From Auanema rhodensis (taxonomy: Eukaryota; Animalia; Nematoda): a DNA stretch of 64,000 nt. Position 1 is the stretch's first letter. Each line of letters begins with the position of its first letter. Shown in pieces: positions 1 to 11,800 of this stretch. The position numbers and the translations under genes are program-made. Location of the stretch: NCBI GenBank assembly GCA_964057225.1, contig CAXKVF010000090.1, positions 62,001 through 126,000 on the forward strand, written 5' to 3'. Below the pieces are notes generated by a model that worked only from the letters and a program-made list of their open reading frames with translations, was not told the DNA's origin and ran no database searches.

Positions 1-103
1 CCCATGTCCATATTAGTCTAAAAACAAATTTTTATTGATATTGGTGAATGGTAACCATGACTTTGAAATTTACGTGAACTTTAATTTATGCTAATTAAAT
101 GTA

Positions 104-111
104 CACGTGAT
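104..111 (-). other. E-box CACGTG within ATCACGTG (exact RTCACRTG match on the minus strand), monomer positions 104-111; function unknown
   Basis: The + strand reads cacgtgat; its reverse complement is atcacgtg. Motif match only, no evidence of binding. Confidence 0.5.
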
Positions 112-133
112 GTGCACTTGATATGTAACTCGC

Positions 134-143
134 TTCACGTGAA
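134..143. other. 10-bp perfect palindrome TTCACGTGAA containing E-box TCACGTGA, monomer positions 134-143; function unknown
   Basis: Read directly from the sequence; present in the large majority of monomers. Confidence 0.6.
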
Positions 144-177
144 AGATAAAGAGATGCGGTTTTCAAAATTAGATTCC

Positions 178-227
178 CCATGTCCATATTAGTCTAAAAA
201 CAAATTTTTATTGATATTGGTTCATGG
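178..227. other. Imperfect 50-bp inverted repeat (monomer positions 2-51), present in every monomer; example copy
   Basis: ccatg-t-cca-tattag-tc-taaaaa [caaa loop] ttttta-ttgata-t-tgg-tt-catgg; the arms pair with two G.T mismatches and small bulges. Confidence 0.8.
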
Positions 228-236
228 TAACCATGA
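222..236. other. 15-bp dyad TCATGGT-A-ACCATGA (monomer positions 46-60; contains BstEII site GGTNACC); example copy
   Basis: Perfect 7-bp arms around a 1-nt centre in T46 monomers; 6-bp arms in G46 monomers. Confidence 0.9.
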
Positions 237-2640
237 CTTTGAAATTTACGTGAACTTTAATTTATGCTAATTAAATGTACACGTGATGTGCACTTGGTAT
301 GTAACTCGCTTCACGTGAAAGATAAAGAGATGCGGTTTTCAAAATTAGATTCCCCATGTCCATATTAGTCTAAAAACAAATTTTTATTGATATAGGTTCA
401 TGGTAACCATGACTTTGAAATTTACGTGAACTTTAATTTATGCTAATTAAATGTACACGTGATGTGCACTTGGTATGTAACTCGCTTCACGTGAAAGATA
501 AAGAGATGCGGTTTTTAAAATTAGATTACCCATGTCCATATTAGTCTAAAAACAAATTTTTATTGATATTGGTTCATGGTAACCATGACTTTGAAATTTA
601 CGTGAACTTTAATTTATGCTAATTAAATGTACACGTGATGTGCACTTGGTATGTAACTCGCTTCACGTGAAAGAAAAAGAGATGCGGTTTTCAAAATTAG
701 ATTCGCCATGTCCATATTAGTCTAAAAACAAATTTTTATTGATATTGGTTCATGGTAACCATGACTTTGAAATTTACGTGAACTTTAATTTATGCTAATT
801 AAATGTACACGTGATGTGCACTTGGTATGTAACTCGCTTCACGTGAAAGACAAAGAGATGCGGTTTTCAAAATTAGATTCTTCATGTCCATATTAGTCTA
901 AAAACAAATTTTTATTGATATTGCTTCATGGTAACCATGACTTTGAAATTTACGTGAACTTTAATTTATGCTAATTAAATGTACACGTGATGTGCACTTG
1001 GTATGTAACTCGCTTCACGTGAAAGATAAAGAGATGCGGTTTTCAAAATTAGATTCCCCATGTCCATATTAGTCTAAAAACAAATTTTTATTGATATTGG
1101 TGCATGGTAACCATGACTTTGAAATTTACGTGAACTTTAATTTATGCTAATTGAATGTACACGTGATGTGCACTTGGTATGTAACTCGCTTCACGTGAAA
1201 GATAAAGAGATGCGGTTTTCAAAATTAGATTCCCCATGTCCATATTAGTCTAAAAACAAATTTTTATTGATATTGCTTCATGGTAACCATGACTTTGAAA
1301 TTTACGTGAACTTTAATTTATGCTAATTAAATGTACACGTGATGTGCACTTGGTATGTAACTCGCTTCACGTGAAAGATAAAGAGATGCGGTTTTCAAAA
1401 TTAGATTCCCCATGTCCATATTAGTCTAAAAACAAATTTTTATTGATATTGGTGCATGGTAACCATGACTTTGAAATTTACGTGAACTTTAATTTATGCT
1501 AATTAAATGTACACGTGATGTGCACTTGGTATGTAACTCGCTTCACGTGAAAGATAAAGAGATGCGGTTTTCAAAATTAGATTCCCCATGTCCATATTAG
1601 TCTAAAAACAAATTTTTATTGAAATTGGTTCATGGTAACCATGACTTTGAAATTTACGTGAACTTTAATTTATGCTAATTAAATGTACACGTGATATGCA
1701 CTTGGTATGTAACTCGCTTCACGTGAAAGATAAAGAGATGCGGTTTTCAAAATTAGATTCCCCATGTCCATATTAGTCTAAAAACAAATTTTTATTGATA
1801 TTGGTGCATGGTAACCATGACTTTGAAATTTACGTGAACTTTAATTTATGCTAATTAAATGTACACGTGATGTGCACTTGGTATGTAACTCGCTTCACGT
1901 GAAAGATAAAGAGATGCGGTTTTCAAAATTAGATTACCCATGTCCATATTAGTCTAAAAACAAATTTTTATTGATATTGGTTCATGGTAACCATGACTTT
2001 GAAATTTACGTGAACTTTAATTTATGCTAATTAAATGTACACGTGATGTGCACTTGGTATGTAACTCGCTTCACGTGAAAGATAAAGAGATGCGGTTTTC
2101 AAAATTAGATTCCCCATGTCCATATTAGTCTAAAAACAAATTTTTATTGATATTGGTTCATGGTAACCATGACTTTGAAATTTACGTGAACTTTAATTTA
2201 TGATAATTAAATGTACACGTGATGTGCACTTGGTATGTAACTCGCTTCACGTGAAAGATAAAGAGATGCGGTTTTCAAAATTAGATTCTTCATGTCCATA
2301 TTAGTCTAAAAACAAATTTTTATTGATATTGGTGCATGGTAACCATGACTTTGAATTTTACGTGAACTTTAATTTATGCTAATTAAATGTACACGTGATG
2401 TGCACTTGGTATGTAACTCGCTTCACGTTAAAGATAAAGAGATGCGGTTTTCAAAATTAGATTCCCCATGTCCATATTAGTCTAAAAACAAATTTTTATT
2501 GATATTGGTGCATGGTAACCATGACTTTGAAATTTACGTGAACTTTAATTTATGCTAATTAAATGTACACGTGATGTGCACTTGGTATGTAACTCGCTTC
2601 ACGTGAAAGATAAAGAGATGCGGTTTTCAAAATTAGATTC

Positions 2641-2816
2641 CCCATGTCCATATTAGTCTAAAAACAAATTTTTATTGATATTGGTGCATGGTAACCATGA
2701 CTTTGAAATTTACGTGAACTTTAATTTATGCTAATTAAATGTACACGTGATGTGCACTTGGTATGTAACTCGCTTCACGTGAAAGATAAAGAGATGCGGT
2801 TTTCAAAATTAGATTC
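2641..2816 (+). repeat. Representative consensus-type 176-bp monomer (GGTG allele at monomer positions 43-46)
   Basis: Matches the majority base at every position apart from the common polymorphic site 44/46. Confidence 0.95.
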
Positions 2817-5800
2817 CCCATGTCCATATTAGTCTAAAAACAAATTTTTATTGATATTGGTTCATGGTAACCATGACTTTGAAATTTACGTGAACTTTAA
2901 TTTATGCTAATTAAATGTACACGTGATGTGCACTTGGTTTGTAACTCGCTTCACGTGAAAGATAAAGAGATGCGGTTTTCAAAATTAGATTCCCCATGTC
3001 CATATTAGTCTAAAAACAAATTTTTATTGATATTGGTGCATGGTAACCATGACTTTGAAATTTACGTGAACTTTAATTTATGCTAATTAAATGTACACGT
3101 GATGTGCACTTGGTTTGTAACTCGCTTCACGTGAAAGATAAATAGATGCGGTTTTCAAAATTAGATTCCCCATGTCCATATTAGTCTAAAAACAAATTTT
3201 TATTGATATTGGTTCATGGTAACCATGACTTTGAAATTTACGTGAACTTTAATTTATGCTAATTAAATGTACACGTGATGTGCACTTGGTATGTAACTCG
3301 CTTCACGTGAAAGATAAAGAGATGCGGTTTTCAAAATTAGATTCCCCATGTCCATATTAGTCTAAAAACAAATTTTTATTGATATTGGTGCATGGTAACC
3401 ATGACTTTGAAATTTACGTGAACTTTAATTTATGCTAATTAAATGTACACGTGATGTGCACTTGGTTTGTAACTCGCTTCACGTGAAAGATAAAGAGATG
3501 CGGTTTTCAAAATTAGATTCCCCATGTCCATATTAGTCTAAAAACAAATTTTTATTGATATTGGTGCATGGTAACCATGACTTTGAAATTTACGTGAACT
3601 TTAATTTATGCTAATTAAATGTACACGTGATGTGCACTTGGTATGTAACTCGCTTCACGTGAAAGATAAATAGATGCGGTTTTCAAAATTAGATTCCCCA
3701 TGTCCATATTAGTCTAAAAACAAATTTTTATTGATATTGGTTCATGGTAACCATGACTTTGAAATTTACGTGAACTTTAATTTATGCTAATTAAATGTAC
3801 ACGTGATGTGCACTTGGTATGTAACTCGCTTCACGTGAAAGATAAAGAGATGCGGTTTTCAAAATTAGATTCCCCATGTCCATATTAGTCTAAAAACAAA
3901 TTTTTATTGATATTGGTGCATGGTAACCATGACTTTGAAATTTACGTGAACTTTAATTTATGCTAATTAAATGTACACGTGATGTGCACTTGGTATGTAA
4001 CTCGCTTCACGTGAAAGATAAAGAGATGCGGTTTTCAAAATTAGATTCCCCATGTCCATATTAGTCTAAAAACAAATTTTTATTGATATTGGTGCATGGT
4101 AACCATGACTTTGAATTTTACGTGAACTTTAATTTATGCTAATTAAATGTACACGTGATGTGCACTTGGTATGTAACTCGCTTTACGTGAAAGATAAAGA
4201 GATGCGGTTTTCAAAATTAGATTCCCCATGTCCATATTAGTCTAAAAACAAATTTTTATTGATATTGGTGCATGGTAACCATGACTTTGAAATTTACGTG
4301 AACTTTAATTTATGCTAATTAAATGTACACGTGATGTGCACTTGGTATGTAACTTGCTTCACGTGAAAGATAAAGAGATGCGGTTTTCAAAATTAGATCC
4401 CCCATGTCCATATTAGTCTAAAAACAAATTTTTATTGATATTGGTGCATGGTAACCATGACTTTGAAATTTACGTGAACTTTAATTTATGCTAATTAAAT
4501 GTACACGTGATGTGCACTTGGTATGTAACTCGCTTCACGTGAAAGATAAAGAGATGCGGTTTTCAAAATTAGATTCCCCATGTCCATATTAGTCTAAAAA
4601 CAAATTTTTATTGATATTGGTGCATGGTAACCATGACTTTGAAATTTACGTGAACTTTAATTTATGCTAATTAAATGTACACGTGATGTGCACTTGGTAT
4701 GTAACTCGCTTCACGTGAAAGATAAAGAGATGCGGTTTTCAAAATTAGATTCCCCATGTCCATATTAGTCTAAAAACAAATTTTTATTGATATTGGTTCA
4801 TGGTAACCATGACTTTGAAATTTACGTGAACTTTAATTTATGCTAATTAAATGTACACGTGATGTGCACTTGGTATGTAACTCGCTTCACGTGAAAGATA
4901 AAGAGATGCGGTTTTCAAAATTAGATTCCCCATGTCCATATTAGTCTAAAAACAAATTTTTATTGATATTGGTTCATGGTAACCATGACTTTGAAATTTA
5001 CGTGAACTTTAATTTATGCTAATTAAATGTACACGTGATGTGCACTTGGTATGTAACTCGCTTCACGTGAAAGATAAAGAGATGCGGTTTTCAAAATTAG
5101 ATTCCCCATGTCCATATTAGTCTAAAAACAAATTTTTATTGATATTGGTGCATGGTAACCATGACTTTGAAATTTACGTGAACTTTAATTTATGCTAATT
5201 AAATGTACACGTGATGTGCACTTGGTATGTAACTTGCTTCACGGGAAAGATAAAGAGATGCGGTTTTCAAAATTAGATCCCCCATGTCCATATTAGTCTA
5301 AAAACAAATTTTTATTGATATTGGTGCATGGTAACCATGACTTTGAAATTTACGTGAACTTTAATTTATGCTAATTAAATGTACACGTGATGTGCACTTG
5401 GTATGTAACTCGCTTCACGTGAAAGATAAAGAGATGCGGTTTTCAAAATTAGATTCCCCATGTCCATATTAGTCTAAAAACAAGATTTTATTGATATTGG
5501 TGCATGGTAACCATGACTTTGAAATTTACGTGAACTTTAATTTATGCTAATTAAATGTACACGTGATGTGCACTTGGTATGTAACTCGCTTCACGTGAAA
5601 GATAAAGAGATGCGGTTTTCAAAATTAGATTCCTCATGTCCATATTAGTCTAAAAACAAATTTTTATTGATATTGGTGCATGGTAACCATGACTTTGAAA
5701 TTTACGTGAACTTTAATTTATGCTAATTAAATGTACACGTGATGTGCACTTGGTATGTAACTTGCTTCACGGGAAAGATAAAGAGATGCGGTTTTCAAAA

Positions 5801-8800
5801 TTAGATCCCCCATGTCCATATTAGTCTAAAAACAAATTTTTATTGATATTGGTGCATGGTAACCATGACTTTGAAATTTACGTGAACTTTAATTTATGCT
5901 AATTAAATGTACACGTGATGTGCACTTGGTATGTAACTTGCTTCACGGGAAAGATAAAGAGATGCGGTTTTCAAAATTAGATCCCCCATGTCCATATTAG
6001 TCTAAAAACAAATTTTTATTGATATTGGTGCATGGTAACCATGACTTTGAAATTTACGTGAACTTTAATTTATGCTAATTAAATGTACACGTGATGTGCA
6101 CTTGGTATGTAACTCGCTTCACGTGAAAGATAAAGAGATGCGGTTTTCAAAATTAGATTCCCCATGTCCATATTAGTCTAAAAACAAGATTTTATTGATA
6201 TTGGTGCATGGTAACCATGACTTTGAAATTTACGTGAACTTTAATTTATGCTAATTAAATGTACACGTGATGTACACTTGGTATGTAACTCGCTTCACGT
6301 GAAAGATAAAGAGATGCGGTTTCCAAAATTAGATTCCCCATGTCCATATTAGTCTAAAAACAAATTTTTATTGATATTGGTGCATGGTAACCATGACTTT
6401 GAAATTTACGTGAACTTTAATTTATGCTAATTAAATGTACACGTGATGTGCACTTGGTATGTAACTTGCTTCACGGGAAAGATAAAGAGATGCGGTTTTC
6501 AAAATTAGATCCCCCATGTCCATATTAGTCTAAAAACAAATTTTTATTGATATTGGTTCATGGTAACCATGACTTTGAAATTTACGTGAACTTTAATTTA
6601 TGCTAATTAAATGTACACGTGATGTGCACTTGGTATGTAACTCGCTTCACGTGAAAGATAAAGAGATGCGGTTTTCAAAATTAGATTCCCCATGTCCATA
6701 TTAGTCTAAAAACAAATTTTTATTGATATTGCTTCATGGTAACCATGACTTTGAATTTTACGTGAACTTTAATTTATGCTAATTAAATGTACACGTGATG
6801 TGCACTTGGTATGTAACTCGCTTCACGTGAAAGATAAAGAGATGCGGTTTTCAAAATTAGATTCCCCATGTCCATATTAGTCTAAAAACAAGATTTTATT
6901 GATATTGGTGCATGGTAACCATGACTTTGAAATTTACGTGAACTTTAATTTATGCTAATTAAATGTACACGTGATGTGCACTTGGTATGTAACTCGCTTC
7001 ACGTGAAAGATAAAGAGATGCGGTTTTCAAAATTAGATTCCCCATGTCCATATTAGTCTAAAAACAAATTTTTATTGATATTGCTTCATGGTAACCATGA
7101 CTTTGAAATTTACGTGAACTTTAATTTATGCTAATTAAATGTACACGTGATGTGCACTTGGTATGTAACTCGCTTCACGTGAAAGATAAAGAGATGCGGT
7201 TTTCAAAATTAGATTCCCCATGTCCATATTAGTCTAAAAACAAATTTTTATTGATATTGGTGCATGGTAACCATGACTTTGAAATTTACGTGAACTTTAA
7301 TTTATGCTAATTAAATGTACATGTGATGTGCACTTGGTATGTAACTCGCTTCACGTGAAAGATAAAGAGATGCGGTTTTCAAAATTAGATTCCCCATGTC
7401 CATATTAGTCTAAAAACAAATTTTTATTGATATTGCTTCATGGTAACCATGACTTTGAAATTTACGTGAACTTTAATTTATGCTAATTAAATGTACACGT
7501 GATGTGCACTTGGTATGTAACTCGCTTCACGTGAAAGATAAAGAGATGCGGTTTTCAAAATTAGATTCCCCATGTCCATATTAGTCTAAAAACAAATTTT
7601 TATTGATATTGGTGCATGGTAACCATGACTTTGAAATTTACGTGAACTTTAATTTATGCTAATTAAATGTACACGTGATGTGCACTTGGTATGTAACTCG
7701 CTTCACGTGAAAGATAAAGAGATGCGGTTTTCAAAATTAGATTCCCCATGTCCATATTAGTCTAAAAACAAATTTTTATTGATATTGGTGCATGGTAACC
7801 ATGACTTTGAAATTTACGTGAACTTTAATTTATGCTAATTAAATGTACACGTGATGTGCACTTGGTATGTAACTCGCTTCACGTGAAAGATAAAGAGATG
7901 CGGTTTTCAAAATTAGATTCCCCATGTCCATATTAGTCTAAAAACAAATTTTTATTGATATTGGTTCATGGTAACCATGACTTTGAAATTTACGTGAACT
8001 TTAATTTATGCTAATTAAATGTACACGTGATGTGCACTTGGTATGTAACTTGCTTCACGTGAAAGATAAAGAGATGCGGTTTTCAAAATTAGATCCCCCA
8101 TGTCCATATTAGTCTAAAAACAAATTTTTATTGATATTGGTGCATGGTAACCATGACTTTGAAATTTACGTGAACTTTAATTTATGCTAATTAAATGTAC
8201 ACGTGATGTGCACTTGGTATGTAACTCGCTTCACGTGAAAGATAAAGAGATGCGGTTTTCAAAATTAGATTCCCCATGTCCATATTAGTCTAAAAACAAA
8301 TTTTTATTGATATTGGTGCATGGTAACCATGACTTTGAAATTTACGTGAACTTTAATTTATGCTAATTAAATGTACACGTGATGTGCACTTGGTATGTAA
8401 CTCGCTTCACGTGAAAGATAAAGAGATGCGGTTTTCAAAATTAGATTCCCCATGTCCATATTAGTCTAAAAACAAATTTTTATTGATATTGGTTCATGGT
8501 AACCATGACTTTGAAATTTACGTGAACTTTAATTTATGCTAATTAAATGTACACGTGATGTGCACTTGGTATGTAACTCGCTTCACGTGAAAGATAAAGA
8601 GATGCGGTTTTCAAAATTAGATTCCCCATGTCCATATTAGTCTAAAAACAAATTTTTATTGATATTGGTTCATGGTAACCATGACTTTGAAATTTACGTG
8701 AACTTTAATTTATGCTAATTAAATGTACACGTGATGTGCACTTGGTATGTAACTCGCTTCACGTGAAAGATAAAGAGATGCGGTTTTCAAAATTAGATTC

Positions 8801-11800
8801 CCCATGTCCATATTAGTCTAAAAACAAATTTTTATTGATATTGGTGCATGGTAACCATGACTTTGAAATTTACGTGAACTTTAATTTATGCTAATTAAAT
8901 GTACACGTGATGTGCACTTGGTATGTAACTTGCTTCACGGGAAAGATAAAGAGATGCGGTTTTCAAAATTAGATCCCCCATGTCCATATTAGTCTAAAAA
9001 CAAATTTTTATTGATATTGGTGCATGGTAACCATGACTTTGAAATTTACGTGAACTTTAATTTATGCTAATTAAATGTACACGTGATGTGCACTTGGTAT
9101 GTAACTCGCTTCACGTGAAAGATAAAGAGATGCGGTTTTCAAAATTAGATTCCCCATGTCCATATTAGTCTAAAAACAAATTTTTATTGATATTGGTTCA
9201 TGGTAACCATGACTTTGAAATTTACGTGAACTTTAATTTATGCTAATTAAATGTACACGTGATGTGCACTTGGTATGTAACTCTCTTCACGTGAAAGATA
9301 AAGAGATGCGGTTTTCAAAATTAGATTCCCCATGTCCATATTAGTCTAAAAACAAATTTTTATTGATATTGGTGCATGGTAACCATGACTTTGAAATTTA
9401 CGTGAACTTTAATTTATGCTAATTAAATGTACACGTGATGTGCACTTGGTATGTAACTCGCTTCACGTGAAAGATAAAGAGATGCGGTTTTCAAAATTAG
9501 ATTCCCCATGTCCATATTAGTCTAAAAACAAATTTTTATTGATATTGGTTCATGGTAACCATGACTTTGAAATTTACGTGAACTTTAATTTATGCTAATT
9601 AAATGTACACGTGATGTGCACTTGGTATGTAACTTGCTTCACGTGAAAGATAAAGAGATGCGGTTTTCAAAATTAGATCCCCCATGTCCATATTAGTCTA
9701 AAAACAAATTTTTATTGATATTGGTGCATGGTAACCATGACTTTGAAATTTACGTGAACTTTAATTTATGCTAATTAAATGTACACGTGATGTGCACTTG
9801 GTATGTAACTCGCTTCACGTGAAAGATAAAGAGATGCGGTTTTCAAAATTAGATTCCCCATGTCCATATTAGTCTAAAAACAAATTTTTATTGATATTGG
9901 TGCATGGTAACCATGACTTTGAAATTTACGTGAACTTTAATTTATGCTAATTAAATGTACACGTGATGTGCACTTGGTATGTAACTCGCTTCACGTGAAA
10001 GATAAAGAGATGCGGTTTTCAAAATTAGATTCCCCATGTCCATATTAGTCTAAAAACAAATTTTTATTGATATTGGTTCATGGTAACCATGACTTTGAAA
10101 TTTACGTGAACTTTAATTTATGCTAATTAAATGTACACGTGATGTGCACTTGGTATGTAACTCGCTTCACGTGAAAGATAAAGAGATGCGGTTTTCAAAA
10201 TTAGATTCCCCATGTCCATATTAGTCTAAAAACAAATTTTTATTGATATTGGTTCATGGTAACCATGACTTTGAAATTTACGTGAATTTTAATTTATGCT
10301 AATTAAATGTACACGTGATGTGCACTTGGTATGTAACTCGCTTCACGTGAAAGATAAAGAGATGCGGTTTTCAAAATTAGATTCCCCATGTCCATATTAG
10401 TCTAAAAACAAATTTTTATTGATATTGGTGCATGGTAACCATGACTTTGAAATTTACGTGAACTTTAATTTATGCTAATTAAATGTACACGTGATGTGCA
10501 CTTGGTATGTAACTCGCTTCACGTGAAAGATAAAGAGATGCGGTTTTCACAATTAGATTCCCCATGTCCATATCAGTCTAAAAACAAGATTTTATTGATA
10601 TTGGTGCATGGTAACCATGACTTTGAAATTTACGTGAACTTTAATTTATGCTAATTAAATGTACACGTGATGTGCACTTGGTATGTAACTCGCTTCACGT
10701 GAAAGATAAAGAGATGCGGTTTTCAAAATTAGATTCCCCATGTCCATATTAGTCTAAAAACAAATTTTTATTGATATTGGTGCATGGTAACCATGACTTT
10801 GAAATTTACGTGAACTTTAATTTATGCTAATTAAATGTACACGTGATGTGCACTTGGTATGTAACTCGCTTCACGTGAAAGATAAAGAGATGCGGTTTTC
10901 AAAATTAGATTCCCCATGTCCATATTAGTCTAAAAACAAGATTTTATTGATATTGGTGCATGGTAACCATGACTTTGAAATTTACGTGAACTTTAATTTA
11001 TGCTAATTAAATGTACACGTGATGTGCACTTGGTATGTAACTCGCTTCACGTGAAAGATAAAGAGATGCGGTTTTCAAAATTAGATTCCCCATGTCCATA
11101 TTAGTCTAAAAACAAATTTTTATTGATATTGGTGCATGGTAACCATGACTTTGAAATTTACGTGAACTTTAATTTATGCTAATTAAATGTACACGTGATG
11201 TGCACTTGGTATGTAACTTGCTTCACGGGAAAGATAAAGAGATGCGGTTTTCAAAATTAGATCCCCCATGTCCATATTAGTCTAAAAACAAATTTTTATT
11301 GATATTGGTGCATGGTAACCATGACTTTGAAATTTACGTGAACTTTAATTTATGCTAATTAAATGTACACGTGATGTGCACTTGGTATGTAACTTGCTTC
11401 ACGGGAAAGATAAAGAGATGCGGTTTTCAAAATTAGATCCCCCATGTCCATATTAGTCTAAAAACAAATTTTTATTGATATTGGTGCATGGTAACCATGA
11501 CTTTGAAATTTACGTGAACTTTAATTTATGCTAATTAAATGTACACGTGATGTGCACTTGGTATGTAACTCGCTTCACGTGAAAGATAAAGAGATGCGGT
11601 TTTCAAAATTAGATTCCCCATGTCCATATTAGTCTAAAAACAAGATTTTATTGATATTGGTGCATGGTAACCATGACTTTGAAATTTACGTGAACTTTAA
11701 TTTATGCTAATTAAATGTACACGTGATGTACACTTGGTATGTAACTCGCTTCACGTGAAAGATAAAGAGATGCGGTTTCCAAAATTAGATTCCCCATGTC

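Noticed and set aside
1-176. Assignment to known 171-178-bp satellites (alpha satellite, Arabidopsis CEN178, Brassica CentBr, honeybee AluI)
   Set aside because: Only the length is similar. I see no CENP-B box, no HindIII (AAGCTT) or AluI (AGCT) site in the consensus, and no similarity I can recognise. A database search is needed to settle identity.
1-176. Tandem 5S rRNA, tRNA, snRNA or spliced-leader gene array
   Set aside because: No recognisable 5S or tRNA sequence, cloverleaf or Pol III A/B/C boxes, and no gene-versus-spacer contrast in conservation.
10472-10654. 60-aa ORF MLIKCTRDVH...
   Set aside because: It exists only because a T>C SNP at 10574 turns the consensus TAG into CAG in one monomer. 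176 is not a multiple of 3, there is no recognisable domain, and all other copies but one keep the stop.
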